A DNA stretch of 64,000 nt. It comes from Lama glama (taxonomy: Eukaryota). The stretch covers positions 81,160,001 through 81,224,000 of the forward strand of contig CM052817.1 in NCBI GenBank assembly GCA_028534125.1. The letters are read 5' to 3'. Position numbers and translations under genes: made by a program. Shown in pieces: positions 52,257-64,000 of this stretch (position 1 is the first letter of the stretch; every line of letters begins with the position of its first letter). The notes under the pieces are model-generated. The model saw only the letters and a program-made list of their open reading frames with translations. It made no database searches and was not told where the DNA came from.

Positions 52257-53984
52257 CTTTGATAATCAGTTTTGAATAAAAACACATACATATTTCAAAA
52301 ACTTCAATCTAGTTCTTTAGATATTGATATCAAAATTCATATCTTAGGTTCCAGTCCCCCCAAAACAGAATAAGCATCATTAAATCTCAAAACCTGATCT
52401 GCAGGAAAAGGCTGTTGGATGAACCAGGCTCAAGGCAATCTTTTTTCTTTTTCTAAAATTCTGTGCTCATAATTTTTCTTCCTACAACGTCTTATGTCTG
52501 AAGTTCAGTCATAAAATCCATTCCCAGCAGAGGAGAAAAATGAGGACATGATGGTATGATCTATGCTTCCTGCCAAGGTCCCTATTTCGGTGCTGGAGGC
52601 GCTTTGTACCCTGTTGGTTATTGGATTACAGCCTCTGTTCCTGCCCGCATCCACCAGGGAGTCCAGTGCCCTGCCTTGATTTCTTGACCTTTGTGTTTAC
52701 ACTGTTTCCCCCTCTGTGCTATGTTTTCCTCCGAGCTATCAAATACTTCTAATTCCTATCCGAAGCCGGGGAGCTTCCTGCCAACTCCCAGAGGCAGTCA
52801 GGACGCTCCTCGCCCTGGCTCTGCACGCCACACTTCCTGCCCAACACTGAACTGTTTTTCTACATGTAATATGCAGTTTCTGTGTCACTGCCTATGTTGT
52901 CTTTTCTAAACTTGAAAAGCTTTGAAATTATAAAACGTTTACCCTTTCTCTTAACTCCAACACCCACCTCCTGTTTTTTAACGCACATCTTTTAACTCAT
53001 TTAGAGAGAGCCTCAGTGCCTATATTCTTCCAACGTGATTCATTTCCAAGTGGAAAGTTTTCAGGAAGACTGGGCTTTACCTACTTGTAAACTCAAACTT
53101 TATATTTTATTCATTTGGAATGGACTTTTGAAAAATGAGTTACTAATTTTTTAGGCTTTTTGAAAGTGATTTAAATCACTTTATTTTCCTGTTTGCTCCC
53201 CTAGTGCCCCATGTACTTATTACACTGTTTGAATTGTTTTCTTATCTCTCTCCCCACCTGTAAAAGAAAGAAATTACTCGTTTCTTTTTAAGAACATTTT
53301 TCTTATCAAATCAATTTATATTGTAGAGATAAATTCCAGCTGTCCAGCCCTGTCTGGTACCCTGTTAATGTGAGATCATAACATCATATTGTAATTTTTC
53401 ATTTTTAAATGTTTTAAATTTTAAAATTTTTCATTTCAAAAGTTTAAATATTCTACATAATCAGAATAATTATTCAGATTTTCTCCATATATGATCCTGA
53501 AGCCATAAATTTTTATTTTAATGTGAATGTATTTCATTTCATTTACTATCTAAATTGCATGGACTGCTGACGGCTCATTTTTACTAACTTCTATGATCCT
53601 GGTTACTTTTTAAGTAAAATGGCATTTTATTTATTAAATATCATAGAGTTGGTAATTAATTTATCATTTGAATTTTTTTCTTTACATGTCACCCACATCT
53701 CTCTACACTCATCTAATATCTCTGCTCTTTTCCTTCTTCTCCCTTTAATTTTTATTACTCACATCACAGTGTTAAAATAAAACATAGACATTTCTTCATT
53801 TTCAACAAGTGAGTCACACAATGTATTTTTAATTGTTAAATTCAAGCCTAAATAAAAGAGTGGATGGATACAAATAATGAATCCTTGCCATTTTTACATA
53901 CACATTGTGAATCTCGCTGAGGTGATTAATAAACAGAGCAAGATAGTAAGTTCCATGCATTGCCTCTAAAAGAGAGGGGAATTA

Positions 53985-54195
53985 GAAAGTTTTAAACACA
54001 ATTGGCTTCATATCTAGCTCTTCATGTTTTGTAGCTGGTGATCTTCAACAGTTACTTAACTTCTCTGAATCTCAGTTTTCTCATTAGGAAAATGGAAAAC
54101 GCAATGATCTTAACTGGTTGTGGAGAGGGTTATGGTATTAATATGTATAAAGTGCACAGGACATGGTAGATAATATATCAATATTAATTCTCTAC
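53985..54195 (+). mobile_element. MIR SINE
   Basis: agttacttaacttctctgaatctcagttttctcatt...aaaatgg core. Confidence 0.8.
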
Positions 54196-54694
54196 CTTTC
54201 ATTGCATCTATTTATAGAGGTTTTTCTTCAAGTCAGACAGATAAGTAACTATAAATACCAGAACTTGATTTTAAACTGGAAAAGAAAAGCTGTATTTTAA
54301 TAATCTATTTCAAATGGTTTGTTTATCGATAACTAACTTAGTATATTAAGATTGTTCATAACTTCCTATTCTTATGTAAAAGCTTGGTACCTTATGGATA
54401 TAAAAAGTGAATTCTGTATGCACTAAGGTATTATTTCTGTTTACAAAGGAATTAGTAAAACTGAAGAAATAGCTTAGGAAAATCAAGGGGGGAAAATCCA
54501 CTTCTACTTACCTTGGGTGGATGGTTCAGGCACAACCAAACCTCTGTATAACCTGAACAGGCAGTGTCAGAAGTAGTAAATTTGAAGTTCTAGAAAGCTT
54601 AGACAATAAAAAAGAATTTTGGCTCTACATTATTGTTTTAAATTTTAGCATGGATAAACTTTGTTTTAGCTTATGACATTTCAGTTCCACGAGT

Positions 54695-55196
54695 GTGTCA
54701 AACGCTGTGGATCGACTGCTCTAAAGCCATTTTCAACCCCTTTCTTGTGTTTCGGTACTGTAGAAGCTGCAAAGCTGGAGTTCCAATGCCCATGGTCCTA
54801 CACTCACTTCCTCTTAGGGGTGACCATGTGACCAGTTCTACGCAAAAAGATTAAGTTGAAGTCACTGGGCTTAGCTGCTGAGAAACTTTTAAAAAGGGAC
54901 ACTTGAAAAAGGTCACTGTCCTTTGGCTTTTGTCTTCCCACTTGTTCCTGCTTCTGCCTGGAAAGCAGATGTGAGCCTCCCCAAGAAGCAAGCACCTCAC
55001 AACCTCACCCAGACAGTGTCCTTGAGGACCTACCTGCATATGCTGAGAACAACTGAACAGAAAAAAGAGAAAGTTCCCCAGAGCACTAGCTTACTAACCC
55101 CTGACTGCTGGCTGTCTGAGATAAATAACCCCTATTTGTCTAAGTCATTGAACAGACCTTTCGTTGTTTAAATCTGAATTCAGTCCTAATTGATAC
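54695..55196 (+). mobile_element. MLT1H/I-like old MaLR LTR
   Basis: ttaggggtgaccatgtgaccagttct; ttcctgcttctgcctggaaagcagatgtga; terminal cctaattgatac. Confidence 0.75.
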
Positions 55197-55364
55197 TAGT
55201 TTCTACTTGAGCACTGAAGACGGAGATTGATTTAAAGACTATTTTCTCAATTCTGTCAAGGAAGGTACATAACTAGTATTTTAGAGGTACTGAAGTGAGG
55301 TTAATTTATTACATAAGATGAGTGTTTGGGGTAGTAGGACTTACCTCCCTTCCACCTCTGCACT

Positions 55365-55540
55365 AGACGCTTGCTCTATGAAATATCGTCTGCAGACCAA
55401 CATCATAAGCATCATCAGGTAACTTACTAGAAGTCTGGAATCTCAAATTCCCCCTCTCCACCTGCTGTGGAATCTGCATTTTAACCATGATCCCCAGGTG
55501 ATTTGTATGTACATTAAAGTACATTTTAAAATGCTGGATA
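55365..55540 (+). mobile_element. MER5-family hAT element
   Basis: cagaccaacatcataagcatca...gaatctgcattttaaccatgatccccaggtgatttgtatgtacattaaag. Confidence 0.75.
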
Positions 55541-55988
55541 AATGGTGGGCTTTATGAGATGAGAGGGGCAGTCTTTTTTTTTTTTTTTAATTTTTTATCT
55601 TTCAATTTCCTGATAGTGTCTAGATAGAACGTAACAAGCCCAACCAAATATTTGATGAATGAAACATAACACTGGTTCGGCATCAGTCATTAAATGCTGT
55701 TATACATTTTATTATCAAAACTCTGACCATTATTTGCAAAGTAGAACTTACAGCTATGAGGAAATGAGTAATGGGCCAGACATGATGAGAAACAGGAAAA
55801 GTAGTTGAAAAGTTACAAAGTTTAGAGTGGAATAAACAATAGGCTCTCGTTGTGCACTGAAATGAAAAGTTTTAAAGAATGTGGACCCCTCTAACAGAAA
55901 GAGTTAAACATAGACAGCCTAAGGCTAAGTCATGGAGAGACACCCTTGTCAAGATTTATTATTTTGCCTGGACCATCTAATTCTAGGT

Positions 55989-56165
55989 CAGTGGTTCTCC
56001 TGTTTGCTAGAGTGATGGACCAATGAATTCTGAGGGAAACTAGGAATGCTGTCCCACAGAAATGCACTTATACTCAGAATGCAAACACACTTCATACAGT
56101 TTCAGGGAGTGCAGGCTCCCCAAAGCCTACCTACCAAAGGTGCAGTGGACCTCAGCCCTCCATGG
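55989..56165 (+). mobile_element. MER117-like hAT-Charlie element
   Basis: cagtggttctc start; cagaaatgcac...catacagtttcaggg...tggacctcag. Confidence 0.6.
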
Positions 56166-56520
56166 AGTTTGAATTTCTCTTATTACCAGTTGGGTAGAAT
56201 GATGAAATCTATGAACGGTTCAGATAAATAGATAAAGGCTACTTCCTCACATATACTAAAGCCTAAATCATTTCCCAGTTTAACTTTTGACTGAATGGAA
56301 AGAAGCATGATGCTTCCATGAGGTTCCGCCAGTCTTTTTCCATGGGCCTGTTGTGGCTGATGAACAACAGAAAAGGGTATAAGAAATTAACTTGTACGTA
56401 CACTCAGTTGTTGGACTGAGGAACACTCAGAACACAGAAGAAGTGTACCCAGCTTAGAAATATATACATGGAGATATTAGAGACTTCCTTCCATTATTAG
56501 AAGGCTTTTAATTTAGAGGG

Positions 56521-56974
56521 TATTATGGGTTGAATTCTGTCCTTCTGAAAATATATAGTGAAGCCCTAACCCCTAGTACCTCAGAATATGACTTTATTTG
56601 GAAATAGTTTCCTTGCAGATGTAACTAGTGAAGATGAAGTCATACTGGAGGAGGGTGAGCCCTTAATTCAACACAACTGGTGTTATAAGAAACACAGAGA
56701 CAGACATAGGAGAGGAGAGCACCATGTGTTCTCTGAACAGGGTCAGAAATTTCAGTCAGCAGCTAATAGCCACAAGCCAAGGGACGTCTGGGGCCATCAG
56801 AGTCAGGAAGAGTCAAGGAAGGACCCTCCTCTCCAGGCTTAGGAGGGAGCATGGCTTTGCCAACACCTTAATTTCTGACTTCTCCCCTCCAAAACTATGA
56901 GAGAATACGTTTCTGTTTTTTTAAGCCATTCGAGTTTTGAAAATGTCTTTGGAAAGCCCTAAAAAACTGATAGA
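56521..56974 (+). mobile_element. MLT1C-like solo LTR
   Basis: ttatgggttgaatt...cccctagtacctcagaatatgactttatttggaaatag...gccaacacctt...aagccctaaaaaactgata; probable 5-bp TSD gaggg/gtggg. Confidence 0.9.
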
Positions 56975-57993
56975 GTGGGAGAAGCAAATCCTAAATTATA
57001 ATAATTTGTTTTAAATGTCTGTTATGATTAAGAAGAAAAGCACTTATTCAGCAAGTATTCATTGGTCTTCACTGTGTGTAACACATTTTTCCATTTAGGA
57101 TATTGAAATAAATAAGCAATAAATACTATGCTTAGTTTATCAATCAGGAGTAGGATGGCCGCCCCCTTAAAACTACTTTAAAGTGTGTTCCTCTCAAGAG
57201 TTTCATTGAGGTCAAAACCACTCTTAATATGTGCACATATAAGTGTATACATATCTTTAGTGTAGTGTTCTTATTCCTAAAAAATATGTAGCCTAATTTT
57301 TATTTAAAAGTTATTTAGCTGATCTGGGTCTCAGTTCTTTTACCAATAGAATGGCATTAATATTAAATGTCAAAATTTTCTCAGTGTTCTAAATTTCTAT
57401 CTGGTCATAAACCATAAGTGTTTGAGAGTTCATTTGCTATGGAACAATCTTAAATTGTTTGTAGGTATTTAACTTAAAGAAGATAAAACTCAGGGAAAAC
57501 AGCTCTCTTCGAATAGCTGAAAAGCAGTAAGTTGGAAGAGACACTGTTGTGTGTGAGCTCAAATCATGCAAGAGGTCTGGTGGAGATGGAATCGGACTCA
57601 ATATATGGGAGAACTTGTCAGTAGTTTTGGCTTAAACAATATATTCTGACTCCTAAATTAATAAATTCTTTGTCATAAGATTTTTTTACTTTAAACTTAT
57701 GCAGTGCTATATGTCAATTATATCTCAATACAACTAGGAAAAAAATAAACATTTAAAATCAGACAAAAAGAATTGTTCATCTGGACAATTATTTGCCAAG
57801 ATAGCTTGAAGGCATTTTAAGCATTCCCAGGTTGGTTGGTGGTTTCCTGGATCATATTTTCCAGACACTATCGAATTCAGAAGTATGTATTTAAAAGATT
57901 ATTCACTCCAGAGATAGAATAGAGTTCAAGCCTTCTACCTGTCCCTTGTAGCTATGTAAACTTAATTTCTGAATCTCATACAGGTATTATATA

Positions 57994-58084
57994 CAGATAT
58001 TAATACAGATATTAATACCTGTACTAAGAAATTGCAGATATTAATACAGATATTACAGATATTAATACCTATAGTAAAAAATTG
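57994..58084. repeat. Two-level tandem repeat of CAGATATTAATA inside a MIR
   Basis: Five 12-bp monomers (one truncated) arranged in two higher-order units, each ending cct(g/a)ta(c/g)taa(g/a)aaattg. Confidence 0.9.
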
Positions 58085-58199
58085 CCCTGAATTTCAAATA
58101 AAATAATGCATATAAATATCTAGTCACTAGTCATAACCTAATCAATGCTGGTTCCATCCCTTACTCTATAACTTATATTCTCCTGGATGAAGCATAAAG

Positions 58200-58980
58200 T
58201 AAGCAATACGTATGAGTAAAACACTGTGTGGGAGATGAGGATAAATTCTAAGGAATAAAAGTAGAGCATGAGTGTGTACTTGTGGATGCAGTTTTACATA
58301 GGGTGACTAGGAGGTCTCGCCGGGAAGGTCACATTTGAGTTAAGGGCTGACTGATGAAATGAGAGGGTGACCTGCACAGCTGCCTGGGACAACAAGATTG
58401 CTGGCAGAAGGAACAGTGATGACAGAAGCTCCAAGGCAGGAATATATTAGCATACTAGAGGGAGAGGGAAGGCTAGTGTAGCCCAACAGACTGAGGGAGA
58501 GGGAAAGCGATAGGAGATGAGTTTGGAGAGGTAAATGGAGGAGGTAGCTGATCCATCGGCTCTAGCTGTTATAAGGGTTTTGACTTCTGTGTGAGATGCA
58601 AGGTCATTACATGATTTGATGTAGAGGAGGAACAGCAGCTGACCATAGTTTTAACATGATCCCTTTAGCCACTCTGTTGGGAACAGACTGAAGGAGGCCA
58701 TTCCAATAATTGTCTTGAATAGGGATGGTAGTATGAAGATGGTTAAAATTGGTCAGATACTGAATATGTTTTTGAATTAGAGCCATCCAGGTTTGCTTAT
58801 GGATTAAATATGGATTGCAAAATAAAGTGAAGAATCAAGGACAACTCCAAGGATCTTGACCTGACCAATGACAAGAATGGAGTTGCCACATTCTGAGATG
58901 GGAAACGAGAGAGGACTGTTTTAAGGAGTGATCAGTCTCTGTTTTGATCATTACAAACTGATTATTGAACATTAATATCC
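58200..58980 (-). mobile_element. L2 LINE
   Basis: gaaggtcacatttgag, gatgagtttggagaggta, ggtcagatactgaatatgtttttgaa, gaatcaaggacaactccaag antisense L2 motifs. Confidence 0.8.
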
Positions 58981-59152
58981 ACCCACCTCCTCCTGAGTTC
59001 TCACTATTAACTTCAGAAGGCAGACATTCTGATGAATTCTAGTGAGAAGCCTGGGGTCAATCAATTGGAGAATCCCCAAAGCAATAAGACCAGGCTTTCA
59101 ACTTTCACTGTGTGAATAACAGTGTCAAAAACAGTAGCTGTTCTTCTCTCAG

Positions 59153-59410
59153 ACTACGATCAGCAACAGATGAGTTGTTTTTACCTATTAATGCCAAAGA
59201 CAACTCATAACCCTTTCCCACTGAATAGAAGACATTAATAAGATGAGAAGCTTTTGGTAGCAGAATAATATGATGTTCAAGGACATCACATCCTCCACAG
59301 TTCTTACAGTGCACACGTCTGGGTAGTAACAAATGAAAATCAAATAGCAAGAGCAAGAAGGGCATGTGCATAATACCCATCCACCTGAACTTTGCGGATA
59401 TCTGAAGATG
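59153..59410 (+). other. Candidate exon (258 nt) ending in ATG
   Basis: ttcttctctcAG acceptor; AAGATG|GTGAGT donor; no frame open end to end. Confidence 0.3.
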
Positions 59411-60729
59411 GTGAGTTAACTGCAAGAGATAGCAACTACGAAGTAAGGAAGTCTCATATAGACTGCCAAGGACAAGTGAGGTGTAGGGCAAACAGAGAGA
59501 GACACAGTAGGCGGGAGAGACACAGAACTGAAGTGAGGAAAGGAGAGGCTTTGGCTTTAGTCAAGGACCTATCCACAAGTGACCTGTGTATTTTATCAGT
59601 TCCCAAGTGTAAAGGAATCAGTTATAGATATTAGAAATACAGACAGAAGGGGGGGGTGTATGTGTGTGCATGTGCACGTGCATATGCTGTGTATCACTGG
59701 TTCTTTGCCGCGTCTAATATTGCTAGAAATTCCATTCCTACAACCTCTACGTATTTCAAGCATGTCCCCAGGGATGTTTCACTGAAATATAAGTCTTTTC
59801 ATCTGATTCATAGCACCAGGCATTTTTTTCTGCCCTCCAGATGTGGCCACTCTCTGCTGGGTTACAGGGTGTCTTCCAGACTCTGCTGTCTCTTGTGCCG
59901 GGCACCCCCGCTAACCCTGCTTGCCGCTCCTCCTCTGCCGGGCAGAGCAGCCCTCCTTATGGCTGTTAGCACGGGCACTGTTCAGGCTCCTCAGCAAATG
60001 CCGCTGCCATTCCTGTGGGAGGCTTTGCAAAAAGTGACATGCTATTATTTCCACTGCATCTAAAGTGTTGTTTTCAAGGAGGAAGACAAGACTGTTCCAG
60101 AATGTCTATGTGACAAAGTCGTACCACGTTCTACGTACGAGTGCGGAGAATGCCTGTCTTGCTGCCTTCTCACTCAAAGAATTAAATGCCGCAATTAATA
60201 AAATACTTGATTTAGTTCACTTTAACTTAGATAATATGCACATGCCGTAAAAATAAATCAAGAGGGAGACATCATATTATAAAATTAATCACTTTCAACT
60301 GGGGTGTTGAAAAAAAAATTTTTTTTAATGTTAGGAATTACTAGGTAATATGATAATGTTATATTATTTCCCGTGCTATTCCTAACATCATAAAACACTA
60401 GAACAAAGTTTATAGTCAGGTCACAAGCTTTTAATCAATTCAGGTCACGTTGCAGAGTGCCACTGTGAGCTGTCTGCACCAGCTGTTTTGCAGCTGCAGT
60501 GAATTTGACATGTTCTGAAATCACCATGGAGTGCTCCAGATCCTTTGGAAATTCAGAGCAAAGCCTGCAGAATAAAAACTGTAGCCTGCCACGCTGGACA
60601 AAATCAGGGAAGACATGTTCTAGAGAGTATGTATGTGCAAGTCTTTTAAAGAATTCCAAATATGAGTAGCTGTAGTCTTTAGAAGGTTTAATTACATACA
60701 TGTATATGTCATATACATGCTAGCAATAC

Positions 60730-60915
60730 TGTTTTAAACAATTTATTGCAAAAAATTTTCAACATAGAGAAAAATTCAAATAATTTTACAGTGAATACCT
60801 GTGTTTACCATCTGCTGCTAATATTTTGCCATCCTCTCTTTGTCAAGTATCTGTCCAACTATGCCTCCTTCTACCAATCCATCAATTTATCTCATTTTCT
60901 ATGTGTTTTGAATCT
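60730..60915 (-). mobile_element. Old L1 3'-end fragment
   Basis: ttttattgcaaaaaattttcaacatagagaaaaatt...acagtgaatacctgtg antisense L1MC/ME terminus. Confidence 0.6.
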
Positions 60916-62002
60916 TTCTTAAGTACCTAACATGGAAGTACAGAATTTAAAAGGGCCAGATGGTAATCTTTTAGAATATAACTGTTAGTTCCTAATATGA
61001 GAATTATGGATTTTTAATACTGGATTCTTAACCTTCATTGTAGCCACCTTATTATTTAGTGATAGGAATTAAGGCATGCTTATTTTAAAGAGTTTAAGTA
61101 AGAGTACTCAACTAACTAGTAACTTAACCAAGATTAGAATTCTTACTCTGTATTTTACATAAACATTTGCCTGGGTAGTAAGAGAAAATTCTAAGGTGCT
61201 AGTAAGATGAGGAGAATCATGGAAGTATGCTCTTTGTTAGAAAACTGAAGTGGCTAAGTTAATAGACTGATGCATGGCTGAACTGGCAGTGAGGTTTCAG
61301 AAGGAACTAGAGTTAAATGAGTTAGGAGCTGAACATCTATGAAAATCCTCCCACTGTGTAATCAAAAGAAAAAAAAACCTGCTAGAAAAGCCCTAATGCT
61401 AGCAGAAATCTTGTATGTGTGCCCAGTTTCTAAAATTACGGAATGTCAAGGGGATGAAGTATCTAAGGCTGAGTATCGGAAGAAGGGAATTTGAGTGGGA
61501 GACAAAGCGCATCTGCTGCTTAAATCCAGTTTGACAAACTCACAGATTGTCCCAATCAGCACAGTTTAGCGAGCATGGGAAGAAGATACACTGTAGTTTA
61601 CACACTCTTGAACAAGAGGTCCATTGCTAGAGGGGTGCTTAAAATTAGCTTCCATGTTGCTCACAATAATTTACATTGTTTCCAGGCATATGCTTAGATA
61701 AGAGTTGCAACTCTGTTCAGAAAATGAATGTGTCACCATTTAATCTCTTTGTCGCTTTTATGTTTCCATGTTTTGACACAAGCTTTTAAAGAAAATTGAA
61801 AATCAGTGGGTGAATGAATTTCAGAGAATTGTTAAAATTTAGAGAATACAAAATTCATTACATTTTGACTCATATTTGAAAGTTGTTAAAGCAGAAAATG
61901 CAGGGTTTCCTCTTTTCTTCTTTCTATGACATCCTCTAAAAACCCGTCTTCTCCAGGACTGCTTCTTCAGACTCCAGCTGAATAACTAAAGTATTTTCCC
62001 TG

Positions 62003-62157
62003 AGACCATAGTTTTAGTGATTTACAGTGCTTAAGAACTTATGGGAAATGTTTAAAGTTTAGCTTCCTGAGCCCTAGTGTAAAAGAGACCAGTCTCCTGT
62101 GTTTTAAATAAACCTTCCAGATAATTCTTTAGGTAACCAATATTTGAGAACTACTGG
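62003..62157. mobile_element. MER5-family hAT element, degraded
   Basis: ttttaaataaaccttccagataattct...tttgagaactactg terminus. Confidence 0.55.
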
Positions 62158-63025
62158 TATAAGTAATTCTACATTATAATTTAAAAAATCTGGCTTCTAG
62201 TTTTGGTCCTATAGTGGCTATCTATACTTTGAGTGACCCTACATAAGTCCCTTACCTCTAGAATTTATTCCCTGTGATGCAGTAGATGCCAGACCTACCC
62301 AGGAAGATAAAACAGAATTTATTTTTCTCTTATGGAGCTCTCCTCTGAACTACAAACAATACAATAATAAAGATCTTGTAGGACTTTTGCAAGATTTAAA
62401 GTAATGTATTTAGAAACCTAATGTAATATCTAAGTTGTGCTCAATAAATAATGGTTATTATTATAATTTTAAAATTATTAATACTATTAAGAAACAGGCA
62501 CTAAACTCATCTGTTATTTAAGAGTAGGCCTATGAAGTTCTAATTTGATTAAAGTATGTCTAAACAGCAGGGTCATCCTCTCTTAAATGCTCCGCTGATC
62601 TTAGTTTTATCAGATGACTCACTCAGTCTAGGGTACCGTAAATGAGGGGGCATGTGATCTACTTACGGAAAGCAAAAGGGTAACCAAGAAAATGTTTGGG
62701 AGAGAGACCACAGGAAATGAATGCATTTAGCCTCAAAAAGATAAAGTAAAGGGGGTATTGATCTCTGACTCTCAATTTCCTCATCTTCAAAGTTGAACTA
62801 ATGATTCCTATTCTCAGGTTCATGAATCAAAAACAATTGTAACCGAATTCTGCCATGTACTAGTTGTACAGATTTGGCTCAAATAAGTTACCTCTAAAGT
62901 TAAGCTTTAATTTCTTAATCTGTAAAATATTAAAAATACTGGGAAATACCTTATAGACTGTGAGACTTCTTGGTGCGTGATGCAAGCTTAGTACTTGGTG
63001 AATATTTGCTAGTGCAATGGCCTCA

Positions 63026-63499
63026 TCTGTTAGTTTCCTAGGACAGCTGTAACAAAGTATCACAAGCTGGGTACCTTAAAACAACAGAAATGTATTTATT
63101 ATCTCATAGTTCTGGAAACGAAGTGTTCAAAATCAAGATGTCAGCAGGGCCGTTTTCCCTCTAAAACTCGCAGGGGAATTCTTCCTTGCCTCTTCCTGGC
63201 CTCCGGTAGCTTGCTGGCAGTCCTTGATGTTCCTTGTCTTGCAGCTGCCCAACCAGTGCCTGCTTTTCCTATCACATAGCACCCTCCCTGTATGTCTCTG
63301 TCTTCACATGGCCATCATCTTCTTATAAGGACATCAGTCATGCTGGATTAAACGTCCACCTTACCATCCAGTCTGTCTTCATAGTAACTGATTATATCTA
63401 CAACTAGTCTAAGGTCACTTTCTTAGGTACTGGAAGTTAGGGCTTCAACAAATCTTTTTTGTTGTTGCTGTTGAAGGGAACACATTTCAGTCCATAACA
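63026..63499 (-). mobile_element. MLT1C-like solo LTR
   Basis: ttagtttcctagg...gctgtaacaaagtatcacaagctggg...cttcttataaggacatcagtca...tcagtccataaca. Confidence 0.9.
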
Positions 63500-64000
63500 A
63501 TGCATCACTGTCTCCTTAGCCAGGGTTACAATGAGCATTATGTGAGATGACACATGACAGCACTCCATACCCCAAAATATAAATGTTCTATACAGTTGTT
63601 TTCATAAAACCTTCACAAAGATGAAGAGAAATTCTTGGAATAAAAAGGAATAGCAAGCATAAACATATTTAAACCTAACCAAAAGTAATTTAAGTGACAC
63701 TTTAGGAAAACATGGTAGCAACGATGACTTTAAGATGACAGAATATACTCTTTAGTCATCTTCTTTGAAACATGCTGCAGAATGCTGGAGTTGGGTTACG
63801 TGATTTATTCAGTGTCAGGAGATTATTTTGGTCTAGAAAGAGAGAAAATTAAGACCCTAGTACTTCAGATTGTGAAGTCCATATTTTGCCCTGAAAACTG
63901 TGTTTAATAAATAAGAAATAATATTGACGGGTAGATACCAATTATTTTTCCCCATTAGGGATGTAAACAAAATTTTCTTTTCACTGCAAAGGGTAAATGT

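Noticed and set aside
57994..58084. Repeat-spacer appearance suggestive of CRISPR
   Set aside because: 12-bp tandem monomers with near-identical 'spacers' in mammalian DNA; simple slippage repeat
59105..59491. 128-aa minus ORF with CKNCGGC motif
   Set aside because: No recognisable family or supporting gene structure; likely chance

Overview
AT-rich, repeat-dense placental-mammal genomic DNA, most likely camelid (alpaca/llama/camel): it carries a tRNA-derived Vic-1-type SINE and cetartiodactyl-type L1 3' ends. I find no recognisable protein-coding exon, RNA gene or CRISPR array. The ORF track is mostly noise, with a few decayed L1 ORF1/ORF2 remnants. A large part of the window is interspersed repeat (L1, L2, MIR, MaLR/ERVL/ERV1 LTRs, hAT DNA transposons), often nested and with readable target-site duplications (TSDs). 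Repeat names come from recalled consensus motifs, not a database search, and most boundaries are approximate. Best second-look items: (1) a SINE insertion that appears to carry ~50 nt of foreign 3'-flanking DNA ending at a TTTT Pol III terminator plus a second A-tail inside one 12-bp TSD; (2) a TATA-Inr core promoter with a 96-nt first exon and GTGAGT donor at ~42.7 kb; (3) a 44-bp near-identical copy of an ancient MLT1 segment 1777 bp away; (4) a CpG-retaining, MYB-motif-rich unique segment at 22.4-23.1 kb with possible lncRNA exons. I cannot support a claim of a wholly new biological system.
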